DNA of 64,000 bases, taken from an uncultured Muribaculaceae bacterium. GTDB lineage: Bacteria; Bacteroidota; Bacteroidia; Bacteroidales; Muribaculaceae. The notes below the pieces were generated by a model. It worked only from the letters and a program-made list of their open reading frames with translations, made no database searches and was not told where the DNA came from. The stretch's first letter is position 1; each line of letters begins with the position of its first letter. Shown here piece after piece: positions 20,229 through 30,154 of the stretch. A program made the position numbers and the translations under genes. The stretch lies in contig CAUBWJ010000001.1 of the NCBI GenBank assembly GCA_958439725.1, positions 107,944 through 171,943 on the forward strand, in the 5' to 3' direction.

Positions 20229-21629
20229 TTATTCCGGGAGGGAATAGCCGGCGAGACGGGCTATTTTGCGGGGAATCTCGGTGTTGTCCTGGAAACATCC
20301 GAATATTTCGCTTCCGGGGCCTGCAGCATAAACGGGCACAGGGTTGCCGGTGTGATGGGGAGTGGTCCATCCGGCTCCGGCCTTGGTTGACATTACGCTG
20401 AACACCTTATCGGCAAAGGCATTGAAGTTGTTGTAGAGTCCTTTCTTGTCCTCACCGTGGCCGCGCTCAAACACTTCAGTGAAAAGATTGTGGAGCTGTT
20501 CGGTCTCCTTGTCGCTGAGCTTTACGCCTTTCCAGAAACCGAAATTATTCTCCAGATATGCTTTCATGTCGTTCCAGCTATAGGCAGAATCGGTAGCAAT
20601 CACCTTCTTGCATATATCCGAAAACATTTCCTTTGACACTTTCTGATTGGTATACAAATCAAAATGGGCGTTATAACCTGTAGCCTCACAGCCCGTCGAC
20701 ATTCCGCCCGTATCATGATCGGCAGTCACAACAATCAGAGTCTCGTCGGGATGCTGGAGCATGAAATCGTAAGCAATACGCAGCGCGTTATTGAAATTGA
20801 ATATCTCGGAAATGGCTGTGGCTCCGTCGTTACCGTGAAGGGCATGGTCGATATTACCACCCTCCACCATCATGAAGAACTTGTCGGGAGAAACGGCCTT
20901 CAGATGGTCCAGACATGCACCTGTCATCTGCTCAAGGGTAATCATGCCGGGTATCGAGTCAATCATATAGCCGGTGTTTCCGTCCTGGAAAGGTTTACGG
21001 TCCAGAAGCACCACGCGGCCGCCCGCGGGTTTGTCTGCAAGGTATTCGTCATATCCGTTGATTATCCGTATGCCTTTCTCGCGGTAAATGTCGAGCACAT
21101 CGGTGGGCTTGCCTTTCTTTTTCAGGCCGTTGAGAGCCGAACCGGCAAGAAAATCAAAACCGCTTGATGCGAAATCGCGGTCAACCTCCGGGCGCATGCC
21201 GCGATTGGCCACATGGGCATAGAAGGCTCCGGGAGTAGCATCGTCGGGAGCCACATTCGTCACCAGACCTACGCCGTAGCCGTTGTCCTTAAGAACGCTG
21301 GCTATGGATACCACAGCCACGGTATCAGGAGTGACGCCAAGCATGCCGTTGGCGGTTTTCTTACCGGTAGCCAGAGCGGTGCCAGCGGCTGCCGAATCGG
21401 TCACGGGTGAGCTTGCAGAATAGGTCGATACCTGTCCGGCAACGGGGAAGGTCATCATCAGTGGAAGATTAGGCTGCCCGTAGACCGCACGGTTATATGC
21501 CACCGCTGCCATTACAGGAGCCATGCCCATGCCGTCGCCAATGAAATAGAATATATACTTCGGCGTCGCGCCAAAAGCAATAGATGCAACCAGAGTTGCA
21601 AGAAACAGGATAATGTTACGTCTCATCAA
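20229..21629 (-). CDS. Alkaline phosphatase
   Basis: Signal peptide, IGDGMG, DSAAAGTALATG, VEGGNIDHALH, TADHDTGG. Confidence 0.92.
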   Translation of the reverse strand: MMRRNIILFLATLVASIAFGATPKYIFYFIGDGMGMAPVMAAVAYNRAVYGQPNLPLMMTFPVAGQVSTYSASSPVTDSAAAGTALATGKKTANGMLGVTPDTVAVVSIASVLKDNGYGVGLVTNVAPDDATPGAFYAHVANRGMRPEVDRDFASSGFDFLAGSALNGLKKKGKPTDVLDIYREKGIRIINGYDEYLADKPAGGRVVLLDRKPFQDGNTGYMIDSIPGMITLEQMTGACLDHLKAVSPDKFFMMVEGGNIDHALHGNDGATAISEIFNFNNALRIAYDFMLQHPDETLIVVTADHDTGGMSTGCEATGYNAHFDLYTNQKVSKEMFSDICKKVIATDSAYSWNDMKAYLENNFGFWKGVKLSDKETEQLHNLFTEVFERGHGEDKKGLYNNFNAFADKVFSVMSTKAGAGWTTPHHTGNPVPVYAAGPGSEIFGCFQDNTEIPRKIARLAGYSLPE

Positions 21630-21637
21630 TTTATGTG

Positions 21638-22504
21638 TTATGGTTGATTGGTTAAAAATTTCATCAGAGCAGGCATGGCCTTGACGGCCTCGCGACGGCC
21701 TATTTCATACACTTCCGTCATGCGGGCGCGGTCAGTCGAAACGCGTCCTATGGGCAACACGCTCTCAGGTGCAATCACGAAGGTGTCACGCGCCCGCTCA
21801 CCTTCGCCCACAAGCCGAAGCTGGGCATTGTACATCTCATGACGCCGCGCCATAGCGTCGGCTATGGCTCTTTGGCGGGGCAACAGCAATCGCCAGAGCC
21901 ATGCGGGAGCGGGCTTCTTGAAATAGTCGCGGGGCTGGGTCAGCACTACCACATTGCGTTTGTAGCCTATAGAACGGAAATAGGCAAGAGGAATTGAATC
22001 GGAAATGCCGCCGTCAAGCATCAGGCGCCCGTCGTCCACTCTCACGGGCCGGGTGACCGCGGGCATCGAGGCCGAAGCTCGGAGCCATTCCAGTGAATCA
22101 CGGTTCACGCGGTCCATCCGGTAATACACCGGTCGGCCCGTGGCAACATCCGTCGTCACAAGATAAAACTCCATCGGATTCTCCTCGAAACGCTTCGTAT
22201 CAAAAAGATCCAGCTGCAGAGGCACAGTGCCGTAAGCAAATTCGGCATTCACCAGATTGCCGGTGGTGAGAAGCGAACGCAAACCCATATATCTGGGATC
22301 AGGAGCATATTTGAGATTATATCGGAGCACACGCCCGGGCTGACATGACTTATAGTTGCAGCCGAAATTCGACCCGGCCGAGACTCCTATCATGCCCTCA
22401 AACTCCAGGCCATGCTCCATCATAACGTCAATAACACCCGCTGTGAAAAGGCCGCGCATGGCGCCCCCTTCAAGCACAAGTCCGGTTTTCATTGTTTCGC
22501 TCAT
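21638..22504 (-). CDS. Patatin-like phospholipase
   Basis: EGGAMRG, GVSAG (GxSxG), DGG. Confidence 0.9.
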   Translation of the reverse strand: MSETMKTGLVLEGGAMRGLFTAGVIDVMMEHGLEFEGMIGVSAGSNFGCNYKSCQPGRVLRYNLKYAPDPRYMGLRSLLTTGNLVNAEFAYGTVPLQLDLFDTKRFEENPMEFYLVTTDVATGRPVYYRMDRVNRDSLEWLRASASMPAVTRPVRVDDGRLMLDGGISDSIPLAYFRSIGYKRNVVVLTQPRDYFKKPAPAWLWRLLLPRQRAIADAMARRHEMYNAQLRLVGEGERARDTFVIAPESVLPIGRVSTDRARMTEVYEIGRREAVKAMPALMKFLTNQP

Positions 22505-22591
22505 CTACTGCAAATATAATAAAAAGCATTTCCCGGTTAAATTAAATTTTAGGTAAATTTGTCGCCGAATTAACCACGGAGAGATATCAAG

Positions 22592-23800
22592 ATGCAGATT
22601 ACCGACATAAAAATCGACGATTTCGACTATCCCCTTCCCGACGAACTGATAGCCCGCCACCCTCTTACGCAGCGCGATGCATGCCGTCTACTCGTGAGAG
22701 AGAATGATGGCACGCTGCAGCACCGTCTGTTTTCCGATCTCCCTCGCCTCCTCCCCTCCGATTCGATAATGGTGTGCAACAACACCCGCGTTATCAACGC
22801 CCGACTGCGTTTCCACAAGCCGGGAGCCTCGGGAGCGCTGATAGAGATTTTCTGCCTGGAGCCGGAATCGCCCCGCGACTATGAGCGCTCGTTTGCCGCC
22901 ACCGGCTCCTGCTCATGGCTCTGCTTCGTGGGCAACAGCAAGCGGTGGAAGGAAAGGCCGCTGACCCTCGACCTCAAAATCGACGGAAAGGATGTAAGGC
23001 TTAGCGCTGTCCGCACCGAGCGGCGCGACAACGCCTCCGTGGTACAGTTCACGTGGGACAACCCGTCCGTCACCTTCTCAAAAATAATAGACGCGGCCGG
23101 CGAGATTCCAATCCCTCCTTACCTCAACCGCGCAACCGAACAGTCGGATACCACCGACTACCAGACGGTGTTCAACCGCATAGAAGGCTCCGTGGCGGCC
23201 CCTACCGCCGGTCTTCACTTCACCCCCCGCGTGCTCGATGAAATTGATGCTCTCGGCATCCCCCGACGCGAACTCACACTGCATGTGGGCGCGGGAACTT
23301 TCCAGCCCGTGAAATCCGATACCATCGGCGACCACACCATGCACAGTGAGTTTATATGCGTGGACCGCGCCCTGATAGAAGAGCTGGCTGCTACAGACAG
23401 AAAGGTGATAGCCGTGGGGACTACCTCGGTGCGCACGCTCGAGAGCCTGTTTCATCTGGGATGCATGGTAATCCGCGGCGAGAAGCCGTGTGAAGTGCCT
23501 CAGTGGTACCCCTATACCGACGGACAGGATATCCCGACGCCCGACGCCCTCCGCGCCCTTGCTGGATATCTCGTCGAAAACAGTCTTGACCGCCTCGTGG
23601 CCTCCACCCGCATCATCATAGCTCCCGGCTACCGCTATCGGGTTGTCCGCGGAATGGTTACCAACTTCCATCAGCCGAAATCAACGCTGCTCCTGCTCGT
23701 ATCGGCCTTCACCGGAGGCGACTGGCGCCGGATGTACAGCGAAGCCCTCCGGGAGCGCTACCGCTTCTTGAGCTACGGCGACGCCCAGCTCCTGCTATAA
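22592..23800 (+). CDS. queA: S-adenosylmethionine:tRNA ribosyltransferase-isomerase
   Basis: FDYPLP, PIPPY, SVAAPTAGLHF, LHVGAGTF, TNFHQP, FLSYGD. Confidence 0.95.
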   Translation: MQITDIKIDDFDYPLPDELIARHPLTQRDACRLLVRENDGTLQHRLFSDLPRLLPSDSIMVCNNTRVINARLRFHKPGASGALIEIFCLEPESPRDYERSFAATGSCSWLCFVGNSKRWKERPLTLDLKIDGKDVRLSAVRTERRDNASVVQFTWDNPSVTFSKIIDAAGEIPIPPYLNRATEQSDTTDYQTVFNRIEGSVAAPTAGLHFTPRVLDEIDALGIPRRELTLHVGAGTFQPVKSDTIGDHTMHSEFICVDRALIEELAATDRKVIAVGTTSVRTLESLFHLGCMVIRGEKPCEVPQWYPYTDGQDIPTPDALRALAGYLVENSLDRLVASTRIIIAPGYRYRVVRGMVTNFHQPKSTLLLLVSAFTGGDWRRMYSEALRERYRFLSYGDAQLLL

Positions 23801-23811
23801 AATCCATAGGA

Positions 23812-23856
23812 TTATAAAATTTATACAATTTATAAGATTTATAAGACTTATATTTT
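23812..23856. repeat. AT-rich 9-bp tandem repeat (TTATAnnnn x5)
   Basis: TTATAAAAT TTATACAAT TTATAAGAT TTATAAGAC TTATATTTT. Confidence 0.7.
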
Positions 23857-23989
23857 GATTTGCCAATCCTAACCGCTACTGTGGAACACCAGGCGACAAA
23901 TGTTCCACGAGTTATTAACAATCCGGCCGTTTTATAAACATTTAACTCAATTTCAGCGCGAAACCTATTAAAGGAGAGCCTAAAAGGGC

Positions 23990-23997
23990 TACATTTG
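23990..23997 (+). promoter_or_regulatory. -7 box of the parA promoter
   Basis: TACATTTG 20 nt before the ATG. Confidence 0.55.
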
Positions 23998-24017
23998 CAA
24001 CGTAAAACACATTGCAA

Positions 24018-24815
24018 ATGGGCAAAATAATAGCTATCGCAAACCAGAAAGGCGGTGTGGGCAAAACCACCACCACCATCAACCTCGGGGCCTCCCTTGC
24101 ATCCGAGGGTAAGAAAGTGCTTATAATCGACGCCGACCCCCAGGCCAACGCCACTTCCGGTTACGGTATAAACCCCGAGGAAATGAGCTCCTCGATTTAC
24201 GAATGTCTGGTCGACGACTATCCTCTGGCCGGAACCCAGGTGTCTACCTGTGTGGAAGGGCTCGACCTCATAGGTTCCCGCATAGACCTTGCAGGCGCCG
24301 AAATAGAGCTTATCTCGCGTCCCAACCGAGAAAAAGTGCTCGCAAACCTGCTGCGCGGCATCGCCGACAATTATGACTACATTCTCATAGACTGCTCCCC
24401 TTCACTTGGCCTGATTACCGTCAATGCCCTTACGGCAGCCGATTCGGTTATTATCCCCGTGCAGGCTGAATACTTCGCCCTCGAGGGCATCTCGAAACTC
24501 ATCAACACCATACGCATCATCAAACCCAAACTCAATCCCGGGCTTGAAATCGAGGGGTTTCTCCTCACGATGTACGACGCGCGCCTGCGCCTTGCCAACC
24601 AGATATACGAGGAGCTGAAGACGCACTTCGGCGACATGGTGTTCACCACCGTCATTCCGCGCAATATCCGTCTTTCCGAGGCTCCGTCACACGGCCTGCC
24701 GGCCCTGCTCTACGACCCCGAAAGCCGCGGCGCAACATCACATGTGGCTCTCGCGCGCGAAATCATAGCTAAGAACAAACGCAAGGCCCAGAAGAAACAG
24801 GCCGTGGCTCAATAA
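24018..24815 (+). CDS. parA: Chromosome partitioning ATPase ParA/Soj
   Basis: NQKGGVGKTTT, DADPQAN, IDCSPSLG, EAPSHG. Confidence 0.95.
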   Translation: MGKIIAIANQKGGVGKTTTTINLGASLASEGKKVLIIDADPQANATSGYGINPEEMSSSIYECLVDDYPLAGTQVSTCVEGLDLIGSRIDLAGAEIELISRPNREKVLANLLRGIADNYDYILIDCSPSLGLITVNALTAADSVIIPVQAEYFALEGISKLINTIRIIKPKLNPGLEIEGFLLTMYDARLRLANQIYEELKTHFGDMVFTTVIPRNIRLSEAPSHGLPALLYDPESRGATSHVALAREIIAKNKRKAQKKQAVAQ

Positions 24816-24827
24816 TCAGAAACTACC

Positions 24828-25727
24828 ATGACTAAACCGCTACGACGCAACGCCCTGGGGCGCGGACTCGACTCCCTGATACCGATGGACGACGTGCCCG
24901 CAAGAGGCACAATCGCCATAAATGAAATAGCCCTTGACCAGATTTCACCCAATCCCGACCAGCCGCGCACCACTTTCGACGCGGAGGCTCTGGAGGAACT
25001 TGCGGCTTCCATCCGTGAATTCGGAGTGATCCAGCCTCTTTCGCTGCGAAAGACCGGCCCCGACTCCTATCAGATAATAGCCGGAGAGCGGCGCTACCGC
25101 GCAGCCTCTATGGCCGGGCTCCAGAGCGTGCCGGCCTACATACGCACAGCCAACGAGGCCGAGCTGACCGAAATGGCCCTCATCGAGAACATCCAGCGTG
25201 AGGACCTCAACGCCATAGAAATAGCCCTCACGTTCAAAAAACTCATCGACCAGTATTCGCTCACCCAGGAACGCCTGAGCGAACGCATAGGCAAAAAGCG
25301 CGCCACGGTGGCTAACTTCCTGCGTCTTCTGAGGCTCCCGGCCGAGGTTCAGCTTGGTCTGCGCGACAAACTTGTGGACATGGGCCACGCCCGTGCCCTG
25401 CTGTCGATTGAGGACCCCACGCTTCAGCTCAAGCTCTACAAGCTCACCCTCAAGGAAGGACTGTCGGTGCGCCGCGTCGAGGAACTCGCCAAGCAATATC
25501 GCGAGGGCACGCCCGAGAAGCCCGCAAAAAAAGCCGAAAAACACTCGCTGAGCGAGGACTTCGAGATTCTGCGCAACCATCTTTCGCAGCGTTTCGCCAC
25601 TCCGGTGGCATTCAACTGTGATGCCAAAGGACGCGGAAAAATCACGTTCAACTTCAAAAATGAAGAGGAACTTGAGCGTCTGATAACCATCTTTGATTCC
25701 GCCTTGGATACCTCGGCCCGGCAATGA
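24828..25727 (+). CDS. parB: Chromosome partitioning protein ParB/Spo0J
   Basis: ALGRGL, QPR, GERRYRA, ENIQREDL, HTH. Confidence 0.95.
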   Translation: MTKPLRRNALGRGLDSLIPMDDVPARGTIAINEIALDQISPNPDQPRTTFDAEALEELAASIREFGVIQPLSLRKTGPDSYQIIAGERRYRAASMAGLQSVPAYIRTANEAELTEMALIENIQREDLNAIEIALTFKKLIDQYSLTQERLSERIGKKRATVANFLRLLRLPAEVQLGLRDKLVDMGHARALLSIEDPTLQLKLYKLTLKEGLSVRRVEELAKQYREGTPEKPAKKAEKHSLSEDFEILRNHLSQRFATPVAFNCDAKGRGKITFNFKNEEELERLITIFDSALDTSARQ

Positions 25728-25885
25728 CCTGACAAATTTGGCCTTGCTCCCGACTTTTTTTCGTATCTTTGACTCCATCTTGAAAATTAAAACCAACCGA
25801 CAACTGATTTATCGGTAGCGCGCAAGCTTACGCATCGCACGCAAGCCATTGATGATAAACCAATTGACCGAAAACAATCCGGATA

Positions 25886-26719
25886 GTGGAAACCTGCAGA
25901 CCACACTCGAGGAAAATACTTTTCGTGGTTCTGGGCGTGATGGCTCTCGCGCTCGGATGCCCTTTTAACATTTTTTCAGCAGCTCCCCAAAAGCCGGTCC
26001 GGCCCGTTCATCGGCCCGTTTCTCCCGTGAGGGAAATGCCCGACACCATAAATCTCTCTCCCTCCACCCCCGACAGCGCCCTCATTGTGGGAGAACGGTT
26101 TTCTCTCACAGGCGACACTGTGAGTTTCACCCCCGTAGATACTCTGGCCATACGCCCCGACGGACAGCCCGCGCTTTTCACCGACTCAATCGCCCCGGCA
26201 GCAGTTCCCGCCGGGAAAACGCGCGAATTCAACCCCGACCCCATACGCGCCGTGTGGCTGTCGGCTCTCTTCCCCGGACTCGGACAGATTTACAACCGCC
26301 GCTTCTGGAAACTCCCCATTCTGGTGGGAGGTTTCATGGGTCTGGGCTACGGAGCGTCATGGAACAACAACATGCTCTCCGACTACAGCCGCGCCTACAG
26401 CGACATAATGGACAACGACCCCAACACCAACAGCTACATGGACTTTTTCCCGCCGACCACCAACGAGGCGGACATAAATAAAGAATGGCTCAAACGAACG
26501 CTGAAATCACGCAAGGACTATTTCCGCCGCAACCGCGACCTCTGCATCATATCCATGGTTGGAGTCTATGCGCTGGCCATAGTGGATGCCTACGTGGATG
26601 CCTCGCTGAGCCACTTCGACGTAAGCCCCGACCTTTCGATTAACGTGGCGCCGACCATCCTGCCCGATATAAACGGCAACAGGCCGGCGTTCGGCGTGCT
26701 GTGGGCCCTCAATTTCTAA
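25886..26719 (+). CDS. DUF5683 domain protein (start uncertain)
   Basis: 'SALFPGLGQIYNR.FWK', 'VDAYVDA.L..FD'; usual parB-mltD neighbour. Confidence 0.8.
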   Translation: METCRPHSRKILFVVLGVMALALGCPFNIFSAAPQKPVRPVHRPVSPVREMPDTINLSPSTPDSALIVGERFSLTGDTVSFTPVDTLAIRPDGQPALFTDSIAPAAVPAGKTREFNPDPIRAVWLSALFPGLGQIYNRRFWKLPILVGGFMGLGYGASWNNNMLSDYSRAYSDIMDNDPNTNSYMDFFPPTTNEADINKEWLKRTLKSRKDYFRRNRDLCIISMVGVYALAIVDAYVDASLSHFDVSPDLSINVAPTILPDINGNRPAFGVLWALNF

Positions 26720-26725
26720 GGAACA

Positions 26726-28456
26726 ATGAAAAGACTGAAGCATATCGACATGAAAAGACCAATACTGACGATACTCGCCGCAGGCATTGCACTCGCCATG
26801 CATGCGGGGCCCTCGGTCCTCGACATAAAGCATTCCATCACCGACAATAATGTGGTGGCTCCCGAAAGCTTCGAGACCAAGACTCGCCAGCTCCGAGAAA
26901 ACTATTACCTGAAGCACTTCACTGTGGAAGCTCCCACCGACGGCACCGGAAACGTGGGCAACGCCACTGAATACGAGGACCTCCTCTCGCGCCTTCCGGC
27001 CGAGATCGAGATGCCCTACAATCAGATTGTAGGCAAGTTCATAGACATGTATCTGGGCAAACGCCGCGACCTTGTGAGCGACATGCTCGCCCTTCACAAC
27101 TATTACGGCCGCATATTCGTGGAAGAACTCGTGAAGCAGAAAGTGCCTCTGGAACTGCAGTATCTGCCGGTGATTGAAAGCGCCATCAACCCCAACGCCG
27201 TGTCGCGCGCCGGCGCCGTAGGCCTCTGGCAGTTCATGCCCGCCACGGCCCTCGACCTCGGACTTGAGGTGAATTCGCTCGTGGACCAGCGCCGCGACCC
27301 GCGTCTGGCCTCGCACTACGCCGTGAAATACCTCAAACAGCTCTACGGCATATACGGCGACTGGTCGCTTGCCATCGCTGCCTACAACTGCGGCCCCGGC
27401 AACGTGAACAAGGCCCTGCGCCGTGCAGGAGGAGGCAAAAAGGACTTCTGGGAGATTTACAACTATCTTCTTCCCGAGACCCGCGGCTACTTCCCCGCAT
27501 TCATCGCAGCCAACTATGTGATGAACTATCACAACCGCTACGGCATCAAGCCCACACTGGTCAAGAACGCGCTGGTTACCGATACCGTGCAGGTGTCGCA
27601 GCGTGTCAATTTCCAGCAGATAGCCGACGTGCTCCAGATTCCCGTGGAGGAAATCAGGATGCTCAACCCGCAGTTCCGCAAGGATATCATACCGGGCGAC
27701 AACCATCCCTACGCGCTGGTGCTCCCCTCGCAGCAGGTGCTCAGCTACATTATGAGCGAGCCCCAGATTCTTGCCAACAACGCCGACGAATACGGGCGCC
27801 GCACATACGTTGAGCCCGGCACACCGCTTGAGCCCACCGACAACAGCAACACCAACCAGCTTTCGGCCGACAGCCAGACAAAGAATGCCGACGGCAATCT
27901 CAGTGTGGACAACGAGATATCTTCGGCCCCGGAAAAGAAAATCCACGTGGTGGGACGCGGCGAGAATCTGCGCGACATAGCCAAGAAATACGGCGTAAGC
28001 GCCACCGACATCAAACGCTGGAACAACCTGCGCCGCGGCAAAGTGAAAGAAGGCGACCAGCTCGAGATTCAGGTTTACGAGCGACAGCTGGCAAAAGCAA
28101 GCACCGTTCCCACAACGGAGACAACCGTCACCGAGCGCGTGGACACACGGGCATCCGTCAACGAGGAAAACCGCTCCACCTCCTCACGCTCCGAGCGTGC
28201 TTCGCGTGCCAAAGAGACCAAGGCAAAGACAACCACCTACACCGTGCGCCGCGGCGACAACCTCGATAAAATCGCCAAGAAATTCGGCGTGGGCATCGAC
28301 GATATCCGGTCGGCCAACGGCATGTCGCAGGGCACCACCCGCATCAACATCGGCCAGAAGCTCAAGATTCCCGGAGGAAAATCCGTGAGCAGCGCAAAAA
28401 AATCTACAAAAAGCAAATCGAAAACCACAAAGCGTAGGTCGAAAAAGAAAAAATAG
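26726..28456 (+). CDS. mltD: Membrane-bound lytic murein transglycosylase D-like (SLT plus LysM domains)
   Basis: 'IESA', 'GLWQFM', 'AAYNCG', 'ETRGY', LysM repeats; alternative start at 26750. Confidence 0.88.
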   Translation: MKRLKHIDMKRPILTILAAGIALAMHAGPSVLDIKHSITDNNVVAPESFETKTRQLRENYYLKHFTVEAPTDGTGNVGNATEYEDLLSRLPAEIEMPYNQIVGKFIDMYLGKRRDLVSDMLALHNYYGRIFVEELVKQKVPLELQYLPVIESAINPNAVSRAGAVGLWQFMPATALDLGLEVNSLVDQRRDPRLASHYAVKYLKQLYGIYGDWSLAIAAYNCGPGNVNKALRRAGGGKKDFWEIYNYLLPETRGYFPAFIAANYVMNYHNRYGIKPTLVKNALVTDTVQVSQRVNFQQIADVLQIPVEEIRMLNPQFRKDIIPGDNHPYALVLPSQQVLSYIMSEPQILANNADEYGRRTYVEPGTPLEPTDNSNTNQLSADSQTKNADGNLSVDNEISSAPEKKIHVVGRGENLRDIAKKYGVSATDIKRWNNLRRGKVKEGDQLEIQVYERQLAKASTVPTTETTVTERVDTRASVNEENRSTSSRSERASRAKETKAKTTTYTVRRGDNLDKIAKKFGVGIDDIRSANGMSQGTTRINIGQKLKIPGGKSVSSAKKSTKSKSKTTKRRSKKKK

Positions 28457-28518
28457 AGCCGCCGCCGCTAAACCGACATAATGCACGCAATTCATAGAAA
28501 AGCGTGACAAACTGAAAT

Positions 28519-28577
28519 TTCGGCATCTTGATTCCGGCCCTCCGGGGCAGAATTTAAGATGCCGATTTATTTTATTT
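28519..28577 (+). terminator. Intrinsic terminator
   Basis: TCGGCATCTTGA...TTAAGATGCCGA followed by TTTATTTTATTT. Confidence 0.55.
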
Positions 28578-28653
28578 CTGAAATAATATTTTCTACATTT
28601 GCTACCATAAAAACAAAAACATAATCCAGAATCTATACCTAAAACACCCCGTT

Positions 28654-29991
28654 ATGGATATAAACAAAATCATGAGCTCTCTCGAGATGAAGCATCCCGG
28701 AGAGAAAGAGTATCTTCAGGCAGTGAAGGAAGTGCTGATGTGCGTGGAGGATGTCTACAACCAGCATCCCGAATTCGAGAAGGCACGTATCATCGAGCGG
28801 ATGGTAGAGCCCGACCGCATATTCACATTCCGCGTGACCTGGACCGACGACCGCGGCCAGGTGCAGACCAACCTGGGATATCGCGTGCAGTTCAACAATG
28901 CCATCGGCCCGTATAAAGGCGGCATCCGTTTCCACGCTTCCGTAAATCTTTCCATCCTTAAATTCCTCGGTTTCGAGCAGACATTCAAAAACGCCCTCAC
29001 CACCCTTCCCATGGGCGGCGCCAAAGGCGGCAGCGACTTCTCGCCCCGAGGCAAGAGCGATGCCGAAATCATGCGCTTCTGCCAGGCCTTCATGCTTGAG
29101 CTCTGGAAGAACATAGGAATAGACCGCGACGTTCCCGCCGGCGATATAGGCGTTGGCGGACGCGAGGTAGGCTACATGTATGGCATGTACAAGAAACTCT
29201 GCAACGAGTGCGACGGCTCAATGACCGGCAAAGGCCTTTCATTCGGCGGCTCGCGCATCCGTCCCGAAGCTACCGGATTCGGCGCGCTCTACTTCGTGCA
29301 GAGCATGCTCGCCATGAAAAATACCGACATCAAGGGCAAGACAGTTGCCATATCGGGCTTCGGCAACGTAGCCTGGGGTGCAGCACTCAAGGCCAACGAA
29401 CTCGGCGCAAAGGTGGTGACCATCTCCGGCCCCGACGGATATATCTATGATCCCGACGGCATCAGTGGCGAAAAAGTGGACTACATGCTTTATCTCCGCT
29501 CCACTGGCGAGGATATCGTGGCCCCATACGCTGAAAAATATCCGGGCTCCACATTCTATCCCGGCCGCAAGCCCTGGGAGCAGAAAGTGGACATCGCTCT
29601 GCCCTGCGCCACACAGAACGAACTTGGCGGGGAAGATGCCCGTCAGCTCGTTGACAACGGCGTGCTCATGGTGGCCGAAGTATCCAACATGGGTTGCACC
29701 CCCGAGGCCATCGACACCTTCATCAGCAACCGCGTTACCTACGCTCCCGGCAAGGCCGTGAACGCCGGCGGTGTAGCCACCTCCGGGCTTGAAATGAGCC
29801 AGAACGCCATGCACCTCCAGTGGAGTGCCGAGGAAGTTGACCAGAAACTCCACGTAATCATGCGCGACATCCATGAACAGTGCGTGAAATACGGCATGGA
29901 ACCCGACGGCTACCTCAACTACATGAAAGGCGCCAATATAGCCGGCTTCATGAAAGTGGCCGACGCCATGATGGGCCAGGGAGTAATCTGA
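28654..29991 (+). CDS. gdhA: NADP-specific glutamate dehydrogenase
   Basis: GPYKGGIRF, KNALTTLPMGGAKGG, DVPAGDIGVG, RPEATG, GFGNV. Confidence 0.96.
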   Translation: MDINKIMSSLEMKHPGEKEYLQAVKEVLMCVEDVYNQHPEFEKARIIERMVEPDRIFTFRVTWTDDRGQVQTNLGYRVQFNNAIGPYKGGIRFHASVNLSILKFLGFEQTFKNALTTLPMGGAKGGSDFSPRGKSDAEIMRFCQAFMLELWKNIGIDRDVPAGDIGVGGREVGYMYGMYKKLCNECDGSMTGKGLSFGGSRIRPEATGFGALYFVQSMLAMKNTDIKGKTVAISGFGNVAWGAALKANELGAKVVTISGPDGYIYDPDGISGEKVDYMLYLRSTGEDIVAPYAEKYPGSTFYPGRKPWEQKVDIALPCATQNELGGEDARQLVDNGVLMVAEVSNMGCTPEAIDTFISNRVTYAPGKAVNAGGVATSGLEMSQNAMHLQWSAEEVDQKLHVIMRDIHEQCVKYGMEPDGYLNYMKGANIAGFMKVADAMMGQGVI

Positions 29992-30040
29992 TACCCTGCC
30001 GCAGCTCCTTAAGCAGAATACGCAAAGAAACAACAACCAC

Positions 30041-30081
30041 AATCGGTGTGCCGGGCCTCTCCTCCGGCACACCGATTTTTT
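30041..30081 (+). terminator. Intrinsic terminator of gdhA
   Basis: AATCGGTGTGCCGG...CCGGCACACCGATT followed by TTTT. Confidence 0.75.
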
Positions 30082-30154
30082 AAGTCTATACTACACTGTA
30101 TGTCAGTGAAAATATATTACTTTGCGTATGACATAAACAACTATATCATAAGCC

